A stretch of 64,000 nucleotides of DNA from Christensenellaceae bacterium (GCA_045653205.1 JAZOLT010000006.1:65943-129942); one strand, 5' to 3'; shown: positions 43,802-54,416, counted from the stretch's first letter. Notes: generated by a model not told the origin, from the sequence alone. A program made the numbers and translations.

Positions 43802-45596
43802 TTAACACCACCTTGATTATTCTGTCGTTGTTTTCGTAATCTTTTATAACCTCTACTGAGGCATAGCCGTCAAACAGCTTACAAACCTGCTGTGCTTGGT
43901 CAAAGCCAATTTCAAGTAATATAACCCCATTTTGAGTTAAATATTCTCTTGCCTTTTCAGCTATTATTTTGTAAAACTTTAATCCATCTTCCCCGCCGTC
44001 TAAAGCACATAGCGGCTCAAAGTCCTTTACCTCTTTTTGAAGAGTTTTTATATCTTCGCTTTTTATATACGGAGGATTAGAAATTATAAGGTCAAATTTT
44101 CCATCAATTGAAACAAACATATCTGACTCTATAAAGTCAATCTTTACACCGTTAAGCTCAGCGTTTTCTCTAGCTAGCTCTAATGCACCAACACTTACGT
44201 CTGATGCAGTTATGCTTGCCCCTGTCTTATCCTTTAAGGCAATCGCAATTGCTCCACTTCCCGTGCATAAATCTAAAGCTTTCTTGTTTTTATCTATAAG
44301 CTTAACAGCTTGCTCTACCAATAGTTCAGTTTCAGGTCTAGGAATTAAAACTCTTTCATCAACCTTGATTGTATATCCATAAAAATCAGTATCTCCAATA
44401 CAATACCATAACGGTCTGCCAGTGCATCTCATATTGGTTATATAATCTATTCTCTCTACGTCCTTTGGAAAAACTAGCTTGTCACTTTTTAATTGGTCTC
44501 TTTTAACATTTAATACCAATGCCAAAATCCATTCTGCTTCAGCCTCTTCATCAATTCCGTTTTTAGAGAGTTTTTCCTTTACGTCTTTTAACAACTCGTT
44601 TCTCTTTTTAGGTGTAACGAATTGTTGCTCTGCAATGCTTTCATCGGCATCCATTTTAATAACAGCGTTAAACGCCGTAATTGCCACCTCCAGCATCTTG
44701 TCATCAGGCTCTCTAGTCGTTATTCTTTGCAGTAATAGACCTGGTAACTTTAATGGATAAAACAACCAAAAATCGGTTTTTGAAAGTCCTTTTAATAGTT
44801 CATAGGATAGCCCAGCCACCAATGGCAATAGAGCTATCTTACATAAAACCCTTAAAACTCCATTTATTGTTTGCCCAATAATTAAGGCTTCAAAGCAAGC
44901 AAAAACAACAATGCTTACTGCTACAACAAAAAATAAAAACGTAGTTCCACAGCGATTGTGAACTCTAGTGCAGGTTTTTGCATTCTCAACGCTTAACTCT
45001 AAACCACTTTCATAACAAGAAATAGTTTTATGCTCAGCCCCGTGATACATAAAGGTTCTTCTAATATCCTTTAACAACGACGTAGCCAATATATATAATA
45101 CGAATATAATTACTTTTGCACTGCCCTCAATTAGATTTATTCCCCATACGCCAAACTTAAAATCTTTGCCAATAATTTTCTCAATGCCAACTCTAATGGC
45201 TTGAGGAGCAACCATAAATAAACCAACGGCAAGCATTAGTCCTAATACTAGCGAGATAAAACCTATAACTGTAAAAACGTCTATCTTAAGCTTTTCAGAC
45301 AACCATTTTTCAAACTTTGAAGGTTCGCCCTCACCATAAACTTCCGCAGAACGCAGTAAAACCTTTGTCCCTAAAAATAAAGAAGAAATAAACGCAACTA
45401 CCCCTCGAACAATTGGCAGTCTAAAAAACCAAGACTTTTTTGAGGTTGGCTTAATTCTTTTTGATTCAATGCGAATAATACCGTCCGCATCACGAACGGC
45501 TGTTGCCATAGAGGACTTGCCTCGCATCATAACCCCTTCAAGCACTGCTTGACCACCAATCGAGGTCTTGTTTAGTTTCACTTTACTATTGCTCAT
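43794..45596 (-). CDS. prmC: Fusion of a DUF1385 (YqhQ-like) membrane domain with release-factor glutamine methyltransferase PrmC
   Basis: The N-terminal half has [26 protein letters not shown] and RCGTTF (DUF1385 hallmarks) plus TM helices. The C-terminal half has [21 protein letters not shown] and IISNPPYI (PrmC). It is one uninterrupted 600-codon frame that overlaps prfA by 8 nt. Confidence 0.8.
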   Translation of the reverse strand: MSNSKVKLNKTSIGGQAVLEGVMMRGKSSMATAVRDADGIIRIESKRIKPTSKKSWFFRLPIVRGVVAFISSLFLGTKVLLRSAEVYGEGEPSKFEKWLSEKLKIDVFTVIGFISLVLGLMLAVGLFMVAPQAIRVGIEKIIGKDFKFGVWGINLIEGSAKVIIFVLYILATSLLKDIRRTFMYHGAEHKTISCYESGLELSVENAKTCTRVHNRCGTTFLFFVVAVSIVVFACFEALIIGQTINGVLRVLCKIALLPLVAGLSYELLKGLSKTDFWLFYPLKLPGLLLQRITTREPDDKMLEVAITAFNAVIKMDADESIAEQQFVTPKKRNELLKDVKEKLSKNGIDEEAEAEWILALVLNVKRDQLKSDKLVFPKDVERIDYITNMRCTGRPLWYCIGDTDFYGYTIKVDERVLIPRPETELLVEQAVKLIDKNKKALDLCTGSGAIAIALKDKTGASITASDVSVGALELARENAELNGVKIDFIESDMFVSIDGKFDLIISNPPYIKSEDIKTLQKEVKDFEPLCALDGGEDGLKFYKIIAEKAREYLTQNGVILLEIGFDQAQQVCKLFDGYASVEVIKDYENNDRIIKVVLNV

Positions 45597-45601
45597 AGAT
45601 T

Positions 45602-45641
45602 AAAAAAACGGCTTTAAGTGTATAAAAACCCTTAAAGCCGC
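45602..45641 (-). terminator. Rho-independent terminator after rpmE
   Basis: Minus strand reads CGGCTTTAAG-(12 nt)-CTTAAAGCCG followed by TTTTTTT. Confidence 0.75.
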
Positions 45642-45652
45642 TGAGTTTGCAA

Positions 45653-45862
45653 CTATTTTGCTTTGCTGTATCTTTTGTTGAACTTGTCAACACGGCCACC
45701 AGTATCTACAAGTTTTTGCTTACCTGTAAAGAAAGGATGACATTTACTACAAATATCAACCTTGATAACGTCCGCTTTTTTAGTTGAGCCCGTCTTAAAA
45801 GTTTCGCCACAAGCACAAACCACGGTTACTTCATGATAATCCGCATGTATACCCTGTTTCAT
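45653..45862 (-). CDS. rpmE: 50S ribosomal protein L31, zinc-binding type A
   Basis: [22 protein letters not shown]...[12 protein letters not shown]. Confidence 0.95.
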   Translation of the reverse strand: MKQGIHADYHEVTVVCACGETFKTGSTKKADVIKVDICSKCHPFFTGKQKLVDTGGRVDKFNKRYSKAK

Positions 45863-45892
45863 AAAACACCTCTAAATCAAATTTACTCAGTA

Positions 45893-45921
45893 ATTATATT
45901 ATATTTTTGCGTTATAGTCAA
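45893..45921 (-). promoter_or_regulatory. Near-consensus sigma-A promoter for rpmE
   Basis: Minus strand reads TTGACT (45921-45916), 17-nt spacer, TATAAT (45898-45893). The SD AGAGGTG follows. Confidence 0.65.
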
Positions 45922-45982
45922 CTATAAATCGCCACATTTTTTAAATTTTTGAAAAACTTTTAATTATTAGCTTATGGATTTT

Positions 45983-46010
45983 TTGCTTGCTTTTTTTGTT
46001 TTTTTATAAT
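45983..46010 (+). promoter_or_regulatory. Candidate promoter for the MDR-like gene
   Basis: TTGCTT (45983-45988), 16-nt T-rich spacer, TATAAT (46005-46010). Confidence 0.35.
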
Positions 46011-46051
46011 ATAATGGAAACAATTTCGATAAAAATACTTTTGGAGATTTT

Positions 46052-47068
46052 ATGAAAGGTTGGAAAATTGTTGATGAGAAGGTGCTTTCTGAAAGAGAAA
46101 TTTCTGCGAAAGAAAACACTGCCAACTTGTCAAAAGTTAAAATTACAAAGGCACTTATTACCCTTGCAGACGTGTTGAGGTTTCAAGGTGAAATTAGTGT
46201 TGATAATCTTGTTCTTGGCAGTTCGGGTGTTGGCATCGTTTCTGAAACGGACACCAATTTGTTTGAGCTTGAAAAGGGCAAGCGTGTTTATATCGACCCT
46301 TATTCTGAGTGCGGAAAATGCTATGAGTGTGTAAATGGTGAGTTTTCTAAATGCTCAGGTCTATTAACTGCCGGCGAGGACTACGATGGTTTTTTAAGCA
46401 ACTTTGTTTCAGTTGCAACCGACAAGTTATTCCCTCTTCCCGACAGTATTTCTGACGTTGAAGCTTTATTTATTAATCACGTTTCTCTTGCTGTTAGAAT
46501 TATTGATAGACTAGGTATTCAAAAGGGTGACTACGTTGCAATTGTTGGTGGAAACAATCTCGGAAATATTTTAGCTCAACTCTTAATCTACTATTCTGCC
46601 GTTCCTATTTTGATGACTATGGATGACGAAGAGTATGCAACTGCAAAAGCATCTGGCATTTACTACGTTCTAGGTCAAAACGATAATTGGCAAAAAGAAG
46701 TTTCTCATTTAACGAGTGGTAGAATGGCAAAACAAGTTGTTTATATTTCCGGCTTAAACATTCCAGCACCTAAGGCTTTCTCGCTTGCAGCACACAACGC
46801 TGGCGTTGCTTTTACAGGCGTTGCCTCTAGAAACGCTCCAATCTCATTTACTCAAGCTGTAAAAAAACAATTAAACGTTTACTGCATAAATAACGGTTTT
46901 GGCAACAACGCTTCTAGTATAAACCTAATCTTAAATAAGGCAGTGAATCTTTCTCACCTAAAGCTTGGCGAATGTAAGTATGAAAACGTGCCTGAAACCT
47001 TTGATACTTTAAGCAAGCAGTTCAACGATAACGGAAAAATAACCGAAACGGTTGTTTCAATGCTATAA
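46052..47068 (+). CDS. Medium-chain dehydrogenase/reductase (MDR) fold protein with structural-zinc lobe but degenerate catalytic motifs
   Basis: The ECGKCYECVNGEFSKC structural Zn motif is present. LGSSGVGIV occupies the place of GHE.SG.V, and AIVGGNNLGNIL the place of the GxGxxG loop. Confidence 0.6.
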   Translation: MKGWKIVDEKVLSEREISAKENTANLSKVKITKALITLADVLRFQGEISVDNLVLGSSGVGIVSETDTNLFELEKGKRVYIDPYSECGKCYECVNGEFSKCSGLLTAGEDYDGFLSNFVSVATDKLFPLPDSISDVEALFINHVSLAVRIIDRLGIQKGDYVAIVGGNNLGNILAQLLIYYSAVPILMTMDDEEYATAKASGIYYVLGQNDNWQKEVSHLTSGRMAKQVVYISGLNIPAPKAFSLAAHNAGVAFTGVASRNAPISFTQAVKKQLNVYCINNGFGNNASSINLILNKAVNLSHLKLGECKYENVPETFDTLSKQFNDNGKITETVVSML

Positions 47069-47086
47069 AATTTTTTAAATAAAACA

Positions 47087-47118
47087 AATCCCACCTGATT
47101 GGTGGGATTTTTTCTTTT
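47087..47118. terminator. Terminator between convergent MDR-like gene and rpe
   Basis: AATCCCACC-tgatt-GGTGGGATT followed by TTTTCTTTT on plus. The A-rich flank gives a weaker minus-strand function. Confidence 0.75.
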
Positions 47119-47264
47119 GTTTTAAGAAACGCTTTTATTCAGACTTGACTTTCTTATGAAAAACTAGCCTTAATAATTTGCGAACAATCATTGGTGGTTT
47201 GAAACAATATATCATTACACCTTACCTCTAGCTTATTATATGATTTTCATCTAGCTTTGGTTAA

Positions 47265-47921
47265 TTATAGATTCCTTAATTCTGATATTATCTTTGCTCT
47301 ATCAATTTCTTTAAACACCGTGCTTCCAGCAACTATTACGTTTGCACCTGCATCTTTAACTAATCTTACGTTTTCTTTGGTAATTCCACCGTCTATCTCT
47401 AGGTGAATATCTTTACCTGTTAAATCTATTATCTTTCTAACACGCTCTATCTTTGGCACAACGCTTTCAATAAACTTTTGTCCACCAAAGCCCGGGAAAA
47501 CGCTCATAAGTAATACCATATCACAGTCTTCTATAACACTTGCAATCTTACTTTCATCTGTATCTGGATTGATTACCGCACCACATTTAACTCCTAAAGA
47601 CTTTATTGCCTTAAGAGTTTCTTTCAACTTTTCCCCAGTTGCTTCGTAGTGAACAGTAATAATATCCGAGCCGGCTTTTACAAACTCTTCAATATATTTT
47701 ATGGGGTTTAATATCATCAAATGTGCATCGAATACTGCTGAAGAATATTTCCTTGCATCTTTAATAAGTTTTGGCCCAAAAGTAATGTTTGGAACAAAAT
47801 TTCCATCCATAACGTCTAAGTGAATCACGTCTGCCCCACACTCTGTGATGCTTCTTACTTCCTCACCAAACTTAGAAAAGTCACACGACAACATTGATGG
47901 TGCAATTTTAATTTTATTCAC
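47265..47921 (-). CDS. rpe: Ribulose-phosphate 3-epimerase
   Basis: IAPSMLSCDF, HLDVMDGNFVPN, MSV.PGFGGQKF, DGG. Confidence 0.95.
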   Translation of the reverse strand: MNKIKIAPSMLSCDFSKFGEEVRSITECGADVIHLDVMDGNFVPNITFGPKLIKDARKYSSAVFDAHLMILNPIKYIEEFVKAGSDIITVHYEATGEKLKETLKAIKSLGVKCGAVINPDTDESKIASVIEDCDMVLLMSVFPGFGGQKFIESVVPKIERVRKIIDLTGKDIHLEIDGGITKENVRLVKDAGANVIVAGSTVFKEIDRAKIISELRNL

Positions 47922-48489
47922 TTTCTTTCCCCCCTTTGTTAAAAGCTAAGATTTTTTCTTTGTTAAAGTTTTTATAATATAAAATAATTGCTAAAATATT
48001 TGCACAAAACTCAAATAAATATGAAATTGCATTAAACGTTACGCCTATTAAAGCGTTGTAGGTTATAGACATAGCAGTTGGAACTAAACAAGTAAATTTT
48101 ACAATTCTAAAATCCCTTACTCTAAATATAAAAGCATACATACAGAGAGAAGTCACACATAACACGTCCAACAAACTTCCCTCTGTTCCTTTTAGTTCGT
48201 TTCCAATAAAATAAGAAGCAATAGTGAATGCAGAAAAGATAAACGGCCAATAAAGAGGTGCTGGTTTATCTTTTTTTTCATATAAAAAATAAGTAAGCGT
48301 TCTAAACAATCCGATAGTAAGTCCTATCATTGCAACAAATTCTAGCGAGAAAAAATAAGAAAGAATCAAAAATATTATTCCTAAAAACTGAAATAATAAG
48401 TAACCTTTTTTATTTTTTACAAAATAGCTAGTCGCAACAAGTATCATTGCAATAAAGCTAGTGCCGTCTGACAAAAAAGGTATGTCCAT
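47914..48489 (-). CDS. Polytopic membrane protein (possibly YgjV-like), function unknown
   Basis: 191 aa with about 6 hydrophobic segments. It overlaps the rpe start by 8 nt and follows rlmN by 1 nt. Confidence 0.55.
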   Translation of the reverse strand: MDIPFLSDGTSFIAMILVATSYFVKNKKGYLLFQFLGIIFLILSYFFSLEFVAMIGLTIGLFRTLTYFLYEKKDKPAPLYWPFIFSAFTIASYFIGNELKGTEGSLLDVLCVTSLCMYAFIFRVRDFRIVKFTCLVPTAMSITYNALIGVTFNAISYLFEFCANILAIILYYKNFNKEKILAFNKGGKESE

Positions 48490-48490
48490 A

Positions 48491-49537
48491 TTATTGGTTT
48501 TCCTCCAAAAATCTCCTCCTCAATTGTCCACAAGCACCATCTATATCAACGCCTTTTCTAGCTCTTAACGAAGCAGATAGTCCACCCTTTTCTAATGCAC
48601 CTAAAAATCTATACGCTTGCTTTTCTGAAGCCCCTTTTTTGTCTTTTTCTTTAACCTCGTTTAATCTTATAAGGTTTACGTGGCAAGGTTTTCCCTTAAG
48701 CAAGCTTATCAACCCGTTTGCGTGACGCTCTCCGTCAGTCTCACCCTCTATTAAAACGTATTCGAATATATATCTTCTACCAGTCTTTTCAAAATAATAA
48801 GCACAAGCTTTCATTATTTCTTCAATCGAATATTTTTTAGCAACAGGCATAATCTTTTTTCGTTCTTCATCAAATGGTGAATGGAGCGAAACGGTTAAAT
48901 TTAGTCCAAATCCCTCGTTTGCTAAATCATAAATCCTTGGAACAAGCCCACAAGTAGATAAGCTAACGTTTCTAAGACTAATATTTATTCCGTTTTCATC
49001 AGTTAACAGCCTTAAAAATTTAACTGTGTTATCATAATTATCTAGTGGCTCTCCACTACCCATTAAAACAACGTTAGTAACCTTTCTTTTATCCTTAAGC
49101 CCACCACCAAGATAAGCGTTCACAGCTATTATTTGACCTAAAATTTCACAAGGCTCTAAATTTCTAATCAATCCGTCAATGCCCGATGCACAAAAAGCAC
49201 AATTCATTCTACAACCCACTTGTGTAGAAACACACAAGGTAGAGCCGTAATCATAGTGCATCAATACACCCTCGATAACGTTTCCATCTCTAAGTAGATA
49301 TAAAAATTTCTCCGTGCCGTCTATCGACTTTAAGCTCTTAATAATTGAAACAGCCCTACCGTCAAAGTCGCTTTTAAGCCTCTCTCTAAAGTCTTTGCTA
49401 AGAGTAGTAATATCCTCTATATCCTTTCCTAAATGTAAATTGGAAAAGATTTGCAACGCTCTAAACTTTTTTTCACCAAGCGATAATATTAAGTTTGTAA
49501 GTTCACCTAAATCTAGGTTTAGCAAACAATTTTTCAA
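48491..49537 (-). CDS. rlmN: 23S rRNA/tRNA adenine-C2 methyltransferase (radical SAM)
   Basis: CVSTQVGCRMNCAFCASG, GSGEPLDN, C-terminal GACGQL. Confidence 0.95.
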   Translation of the reverse strand: MKNCLLNLDLGELTNLILSLGEKKFRALQIFSNLHLGKDIEDITTLSKDFRERLKSDFDGRAVSIIKSLKSIDGTEKFLYLLRDGNVIEGVLMHYDYGSTLCVSTQVGCRMNCAFCASGIDGLIRNLEPCEILGQIIAVNAYLGGGLKDKRKVTNVVLMGSGEPLDNYDNTVKFLRLLTDENGINISLRNVSLSTCGLVPRIYDLANEGFGLNLTVSLHSPFDEERKKIMPVAKKYSIEEIMKACAYYFEKTGRRYIFEYVLIEGETDGERHANGLISLLKGKPCHVNLIRLNEVKEKDKKGASEKQAYRFLGALEKGGLSASLRARKGVDIDGACGQLRRRFLEENQ

Positions 49538-49539
49538 GA

Positions 49540-50781
49540 TTAAATCCTCTTTAATTTTGCAACGTAAAAGCCTAATCCATCAGATATATCTGGCAAAAAT
49601 AAATTAGTGCCTTTTATATCTTCGTGTGGTAATAAACTATTGATTTTACATAATTCAAAGCCTTTTATGTCTGACATAAACGCATCGATAATGTCAATAT
49701 TTTCCTTGTTTAATATTGAACACGTTGAATAATATAGGTAGCCACCCTTTTTAACATAGCGTGAAGCGTTTTTTAATATTTGTAATTGAGTTTTGTTTAG
49801 CTCTAAAACGTTGTCCATTGCCCTATTTAGCTTTATATCAGGATTGTCGTTAACAACACCTAAGCCACTACACGGCACGTCACATAACACAGCATCAAAC
49901 ACCTCTAAACAACTTTCATCAAAAATAGAAGCATCTTTAACTTTATAGTAAACGTTTTCTCTACCCATTCTTTTTGCATATTGTGAGATAAGCCCCACCC
50001 TATGCTCGTGTATATCCCACGAGGTAACATTAGTTACTTTATAAGAAAGTCTTATGCTTTTACCACCAGGAGCAGCACAGCAATCTAATAAGCTTTCACA
50101 CGGCTCTACTATATCACAAATCGCAACCGAGCCTAGTGCTTGGAAAGTGTATACACCCTTATCATAATCTGCATTTCGAACAAAATTTTTAACTGTAAAA
50201 ACGTTTTTAAAAACAGTTTTTGAAAAGTTTACATTGTTTTTATTAAGATATTCTTCTCCATCAGTATCATAAAATACGAGGGTATTAGCTCCGTTCTCTG
50301 CTGAGATAATACTCTCACATCTCTCTACACCAAAATCTTTTATTAGCTCTTTAACGGCAAACTCTGGATAAGAATACTTTATTGATAGCCGAAGCGATTC
50401 TTCCTTTGGAAGCTCAATATTTGTGTTTATAAAGCTTCTAAGGTATGAATTTACAAAACCACTCGCTCCTCCCTTTCCAAGTTTTTTTACAAGCTCTACT
50501 GCATTTGCAGTTACTGCATACTCTTTCTTTTGTAAATATTTAATTGCAAACATTGCAATTTTTAAAACAGTTCTAATAGCTAGCTTTGGAGATTTTGTGC
50601 AGAGCTTAGATATATAGTATGACAATTCGATATCTTTATCTAATACTCCGTAGCAGGTTTTAATTGTTAAGGCACGGTTTTTTTCCTCAATATCAACTGA
50701 GGATATTGCCTGTTTTATAAATGTTTTTTCGCTATAAACTTTATTTAAAATTCTATAGCAATCGTATAAATAGTTAATCAT
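49540..50781 (-). CDS. rsmB: 16S rRNA (cytosine-C5)-methyltransferase RsmB/Sun family
   Basis: DCCAAPGGKS, DVPCSGLG, YSTCS. Confidence 0.9.
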   Translation of the reverse strand: MINYLYDCYRILNKVYSEKTFIKQAISSVDIEEKNRALTIKTCYGVLDKDIELSYYISKLCTKSPKLAIRTVLKIAMFAIKYLQKKEYAVTANAVELVKKLGKGGASGFVNSYLRSFINTNIELPKEESLRLSIKYSYPEFAVKELIKDFGVERCESIISAENGANTLVFYDTDGEEYLNKNNVNFSKTVFKNVFTVKNFVRNADYDKGVYTFQALGSVAICDIVEPCESLLDCCAAPGGKSIRLSYKVTNVTSWDIHEHRVGLISQYAKRMGRENVYYKVKDASIFDESCLEVFDAVLCDVPCSGLGVVNDNPDIKLNRAMDNVLELNKTQLQILKNASRYVKKGGYLYYSTCSILNKENIDIIDAFMSDIKGFELCKINSLLPHEDIKGTNLFLPDISDGLGFYVAKLKRI

Positions 50782-51698
50782 ACAAACTTAGTATTAAGCG
50801 CTATCTTAGCACCACGCAAAAACTCTTCCGCCCTCATAGCCTTTCCACCTGCTTTTTGAACCATTAAAAGCTCAACAGCCCCATCTCCACAAGCTACTAC
50901 AAGACTATTTTCATTACTAATTATTTCGCCTATTTCACCCTTTCCCTGCGCTTTTTTTGAAGAATAAACCTTAAAAGGCTCTCCGTATAACAAGGTATAT
51001 GCAATAGGCGCAGGATTAAATGCCCTAACGTGATTTACTATTTCCTCTGCACTTAAGCTCCAATCAATCCTTGCATCTTCTTTTTTAATAATTTTTGTTA
51101 AGGTAGCCTTTGAATGTTCTTGAGGTGTAAACGTTGCACTACCGTCAAAAACAGAATGAAGTGCTTTAACAATCATTTCAGCCCCAAGTATAGAAAGCCT
51201 TTCAAAAAGTTCGCCCGTGGTTTCATTTTCTAAAATTTCTATACTCCTGAATGTTATAATGTCGCCCGTATCAATTCCCTTGTCCGAACGCATTATGGTA
51301 ACACCCGTAACTTTTTCCCCGTTTTTTATGGCATAATGAATGGGCGATGCACCACGATATTTTGGCAATAATGATGCGTGAATATTTATAACTCCATATT
51401 TGGCAATGTCTAAAATTTCTTGCGATAGAATTTGCCCATAAGCACAAGTAACCATAAAGTCGGGTGCAAGATTTTTTAAAATACCCACGCCCTCTTCACG
51501 AATTTTGTTAAATTGATAAACAGGCAAACCATTATCTACTGCAAATTGTTTTACAGGAGGTGCGGTTAGAATTTTTTTGCGACCAAAAGGCTTATCGGGA
51601 TTACATACCACCCCAACTACTTCAATTGACTTATCTAAAAGTATTGCCTTTAATGGTTCTACTGCAAACTCAGGAGTTCCTAAATAAACTATTCTCAT
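50778..51698 (-). CDS. fmt: Methionyl-tRNA formyltransferase
   Basis: MRIVYLGTPEFAV, NIHASLLPKYRGASPI. Confidence 0.95.
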   Translation of the reverse strand: MRIVYLGTPEFAVEPLKAILLDKSIEVVGVVCNPDKPFGRKKILTAPPVKQFAVDNGLPVYQFNKIREEGVGILKNLAPDFMVTCAYGQILSQEILDIAKYGVINIHASLLPKYRGASPIHYAIKNGEKVTGVTIMRSDKGIDTGDIITFRSIEILENETTGELFERLSILGAEMIVKALHSVFDGSATFTPQEHSKATLTKIIKKEDARIDWSLSAEEIVNHVRAFNPAPIAYTLLYGEPFKVYSSKKAQGKGEIGEIISNENSLVVACGDGAVELLMVQKAGGKAMRAEEFLRGAKIALNTKFV

Positions 51699-52150
51699 TC
51701 TTCATCCTCAACGTATTCTGCTCTGTCTATATATAAAATTCCGTCTAGATGGTCGTTTTCGTGACAAAATGCCTTAGCTAGAAAGCCGGTAGCGTTAACG
51801 GTAAACTCCTTTCCGTGTCTATCAAAAGCCTTAACGGTCACATTTAACGGTCTTGTTACCCTTCCATATTTTCCCTTTACAGATAAACAACCCTCATCAC
51901 CCGATTGAGAACCACTAGATTTTATAATTTTAGGGTTAATACATTCGTAATATTGCCCCTCACAACTAACTATAAAAATTCTACGTAAAACACCAATTTG
52001 TGGAGCAGCTATTCCCGCCCCATCAGCCTTAATTAATGTTTCTTTCATATCGTTTAACAATTCTTGAGTTTTTGGCCCAAAATCTGTTACTTCAAAACAT
52101 TTTTTTCTTAAAACCTCATCGCCAACTTGCACAATGTTTCTTATTGCCAT
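51695..52150 (-). CDS. def: Peptide deformylase
   Basis: GIAAPQIG, EGCLS, HENDHLDG. Confidence 0.95.
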   Translation of the reverse strand: MAIRNIVQVGDEVLRKKCFEVTDFGPKTQELLNDMKETLIKADGAGIAAPQIGVLRRIFIVSCEGQYYECINPKIIKSSGSQSGDEGCLSVKGKYGRVTRPLNVTVKAFDRHGKEFTVNATGFLAKAFCHENDHLDGILYIDRAEYVEDEE

Positions 52151-52160
52151 TTTATTTCCT

Positions 52161-54362
52161 CTAGTTTAAATTATTAGGATTTATTTCTAATGATACGAAA
52201 AGTGATTTTGAATTAAACTCATTGCTTATTTGAAAAATTCTTTCAATAAGTCCTTTCGCACCCTCATCTATCCTCATAAGTATTTGAAACCTAAACATAC
52301 TTTGAAGCTTTTTTATTGGTGCTTTCATGCACCCATAAAATCTAAACTCTTCTCTATTAGGCTCGTATACTTCGTTTGTGATTTTTTGGTATATTTGCTT
52401 TGTTTTATCTAACGCTGTCTGCTCGTCACTACTAGATATTAACACTCTAACAACGCTACTATAAGGTGGAAAACCAGTTGCTTTTCTTATTGAAAGCTCG
52501 TGTTCAGCAAGCCCCTTATAATCATATCTAACTGCTCTTTTTAACACAGCATTGTCAGGCGAATAGGTTTGCAAAACAACTTTACCTGCACTATCTGCTC
52601 TGCCTGCTCTACCTGCAACTTGAGTTATAAGCTGATAAGTTCTTTCTCCACTTCTAAAATCTGAAAAATGCAAACTCATATCAGCATCAAGAATTCCAAC
52701 AAGGGTTACGTTTGAAAAATCGTGTCCTTTTGCTATCATTTGTGTTCCTACTAATATGTCCGCTTTTCTTGAAGCAAAATCTTCTAAAATCTTAAAGTGA
52801 GATTCTTTGTTCTGCGTTGTATCTCTATCCATTCGCAAAATTTTTGAAGAAGGAAAAATTTTCTTTAGCTCGTCTACAACCCTCTCTGTGCCTGTTCCGC
52901 CATATCTGATAAATCTACTGCCACATTCTGTGCAAGCTGTAATCATTTTATATTTTGCGCCACAATAATGGCATAATAGAGATTCATCTTCTTTATGATA
53001 TGTTAACGAAACGTCACAAAATTCGCATTTTTGAACGTGACCGCACTCAGTGCATATAACACTCTTTGAATATCCCCTTTGATTCAAAAATAGCATTGCT
53101 TGATTGCCGTTTTTTAGGCACTCTTCTAATTCGCAGATAAGTGCTTGAGAAAAAGGTGAGTTGTTACCTCTTCTAATTTCCTTTCTCATGTCCACTATTT
53201 CAATATCGGGTAGAGCTCGCTTGTTTATTCGTTCCGGCATTTCTACGTAATTATACTCGCCGTCGATTGCGTTCTTGTAGCTAATTATTGAGGGCGTTGC
53301 ACTGCCTAATACAAGCTTCCCGCCACATCTTTCCACCCTAAATTTAGCAACGTCTAAGGTAGAATATCTTGGAGCTGTGTCACTTGTATAACTTCCGTCA
53401 TGCTCCTCATCAATAATAATTAACCCAACGTTTTCTAATGGTGCAAATACTGCACTTCTTGCTCCAATAGCAATTTTTGCATCGCCATTCCTTAGTCTCC
53501 ACCACTCATCAAAACGCTCTCCTGCCGATAGTCCACTGTGAAGTATTGCAGCAGAGTCTAAAAACCTTCCACGAAGCTGTTTTAGCATTTGTGGGGTTAG
53601 TGCAATTTCAGGAACAAGCATTATCGCAGTTTTTCCCTCGTTTATCGTTCTTTCGATTAGCGATAAATAAACCTCTGTTTTACCGCTTCCCGTAACGCCG
53701 TGAATTAGGCTTGTTGTTTTATCCGTGCATAAAACACTTTGAACTGCGTTTTGCTGACTGTCTGTTAACTTAACGCTTTTATCTAAAATTGCTAGTTGCT
53801 TATAAGGTGCACGATAATATTTATCTTCAACAATTACCACTACTCCTTTACTCTCTAACGCCTTAACGGCTTGAGAGCCAAAATCTGAATTAAGCTTAGA
53901 GCAAGCAGTTCTGCCATTTTGTTCTAAATATTCTAAAACACCTAGCTGATTTTTTGCATTCTTTTTTAGAGATTTTTTTGTTGCGTCTAAATCAAAGTCG
54001 GCCTTTAACTCTGCAACCCTTGTAAACTTTTCCTTGACTCTACCCTTTCTCATCTCTGAAGGTAAAAAAAGTCTTAACGCCATTGCCCTAGATACCATGC
54101 ACTTTTTACTAACGTATTCACTTAATGCTAAGGTTTCTTCGTTTAGTGCTGGGGTTTGTTCTAAAAGCCTAATGATTGGCTTTATTTTTTCAGGTGGAAA
54201 TTCGCTAACCTCTCTAACGTCTATAACAATTCCTTCAATAATTTTTGCACCAAAAGGCACGACTACTCGACTTCCACGAGTAATCTTTTTATCAGAAAAA
54301 GAATATTCAAAAATCTTATCGACGTCTGAATGAGCGATGTCAACGATTACACTTGCAAACAT
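52161..54362 (-). CDS. priA: Primosomal protein N' (replication restart helicase)
   Basis: GVTGSGKTEVY, DEEHD and a Cys-rich zinc region (CTECGH..CEFC..CHYCG..CTECGS). I prefer the ATG at 54362 (MFASVIVDIA...) over the GTG at 54407. Confidence 0.9.
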   Translation of the reverse strand: MFASVIVDIAHSDVDKIFEYSFSDKKITRGSRVVVPFGAKIIEGIVIDVREVSEFPPEKIKPIIRLLEQTPALNEETLALSEYVSKKCMVSRAMALRLFLPSEMRKGRVKEKFTRVAELKADFDLDATKKSLKKNAKNQLGVLEYLEQNGRTACSKLNSDFGSQAVKALESKGVVVIVEDKYYRAPYKQLAILDKSVKLTDSQQNAVQSVLCTDKTTSLIHGVTGSGKTEVYLSLIERTINEGKTAIMLVPEIALTPQMLKQLRGRFLDSAAILHSGLSAGERFDEWWRLRNGDAKIAIGARSAVFAPLENVGLIIIDEEHDGSYTSDTAPRYSTLDVAKFRVERCGGKLVLGSATPSIISYKNAIDGEYNYVEMPERINKRALPDIEIVDMRKEIRRGNNSPFSQALICELEECLKNGNQAMLFLNQRGYSKSVICTECGHVQKCEFCDVSLTYHKEDESLLCHYCGAKYKMITACTECGSRFIRYGGTGTERVVDELKKIFPSSKILRMDRDTTQNKESHFKILEDFASRKADILVGTQMIAKGHDFSNVTLVGILDADMSLHFSDFRSGERTYQLITQVAGRAGRADSAGKVVLQTYSPDNAVLKRAVRYDYKGLAEHELSIRKATGFPPYSSVVRVLISSSDEQTALDKTKQIYQKITNEVYEPNREEFRFYGCMKAPIKKLQSMFRFQILMRIDEGAKGLIERIFQISNEFNSKSLFVSLEINPNNLN

Positions 54363-54416
54363 TTTCTCTAAAAAAACAAAATATGTCCACCGCAAAGTGA
54401 TGAACACATTTTATTA

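Noticed and set aside
47135-47215. 26-codon minus-strand ORF (MIYCFKPPMIVRKLLRLVFHKKVKSE) in the 196-nt convergent gap after rpe. It has a GAGG about 9 nt upstream and could be a small basic peptide or type I toxin-like.
   Set aside because: It is too short to evaluate without conservation data, has no obvious promoter or antisense RNA signals, and could arise by chance in AT-rich DNA. Worth a look only if ribosome profiling exists.
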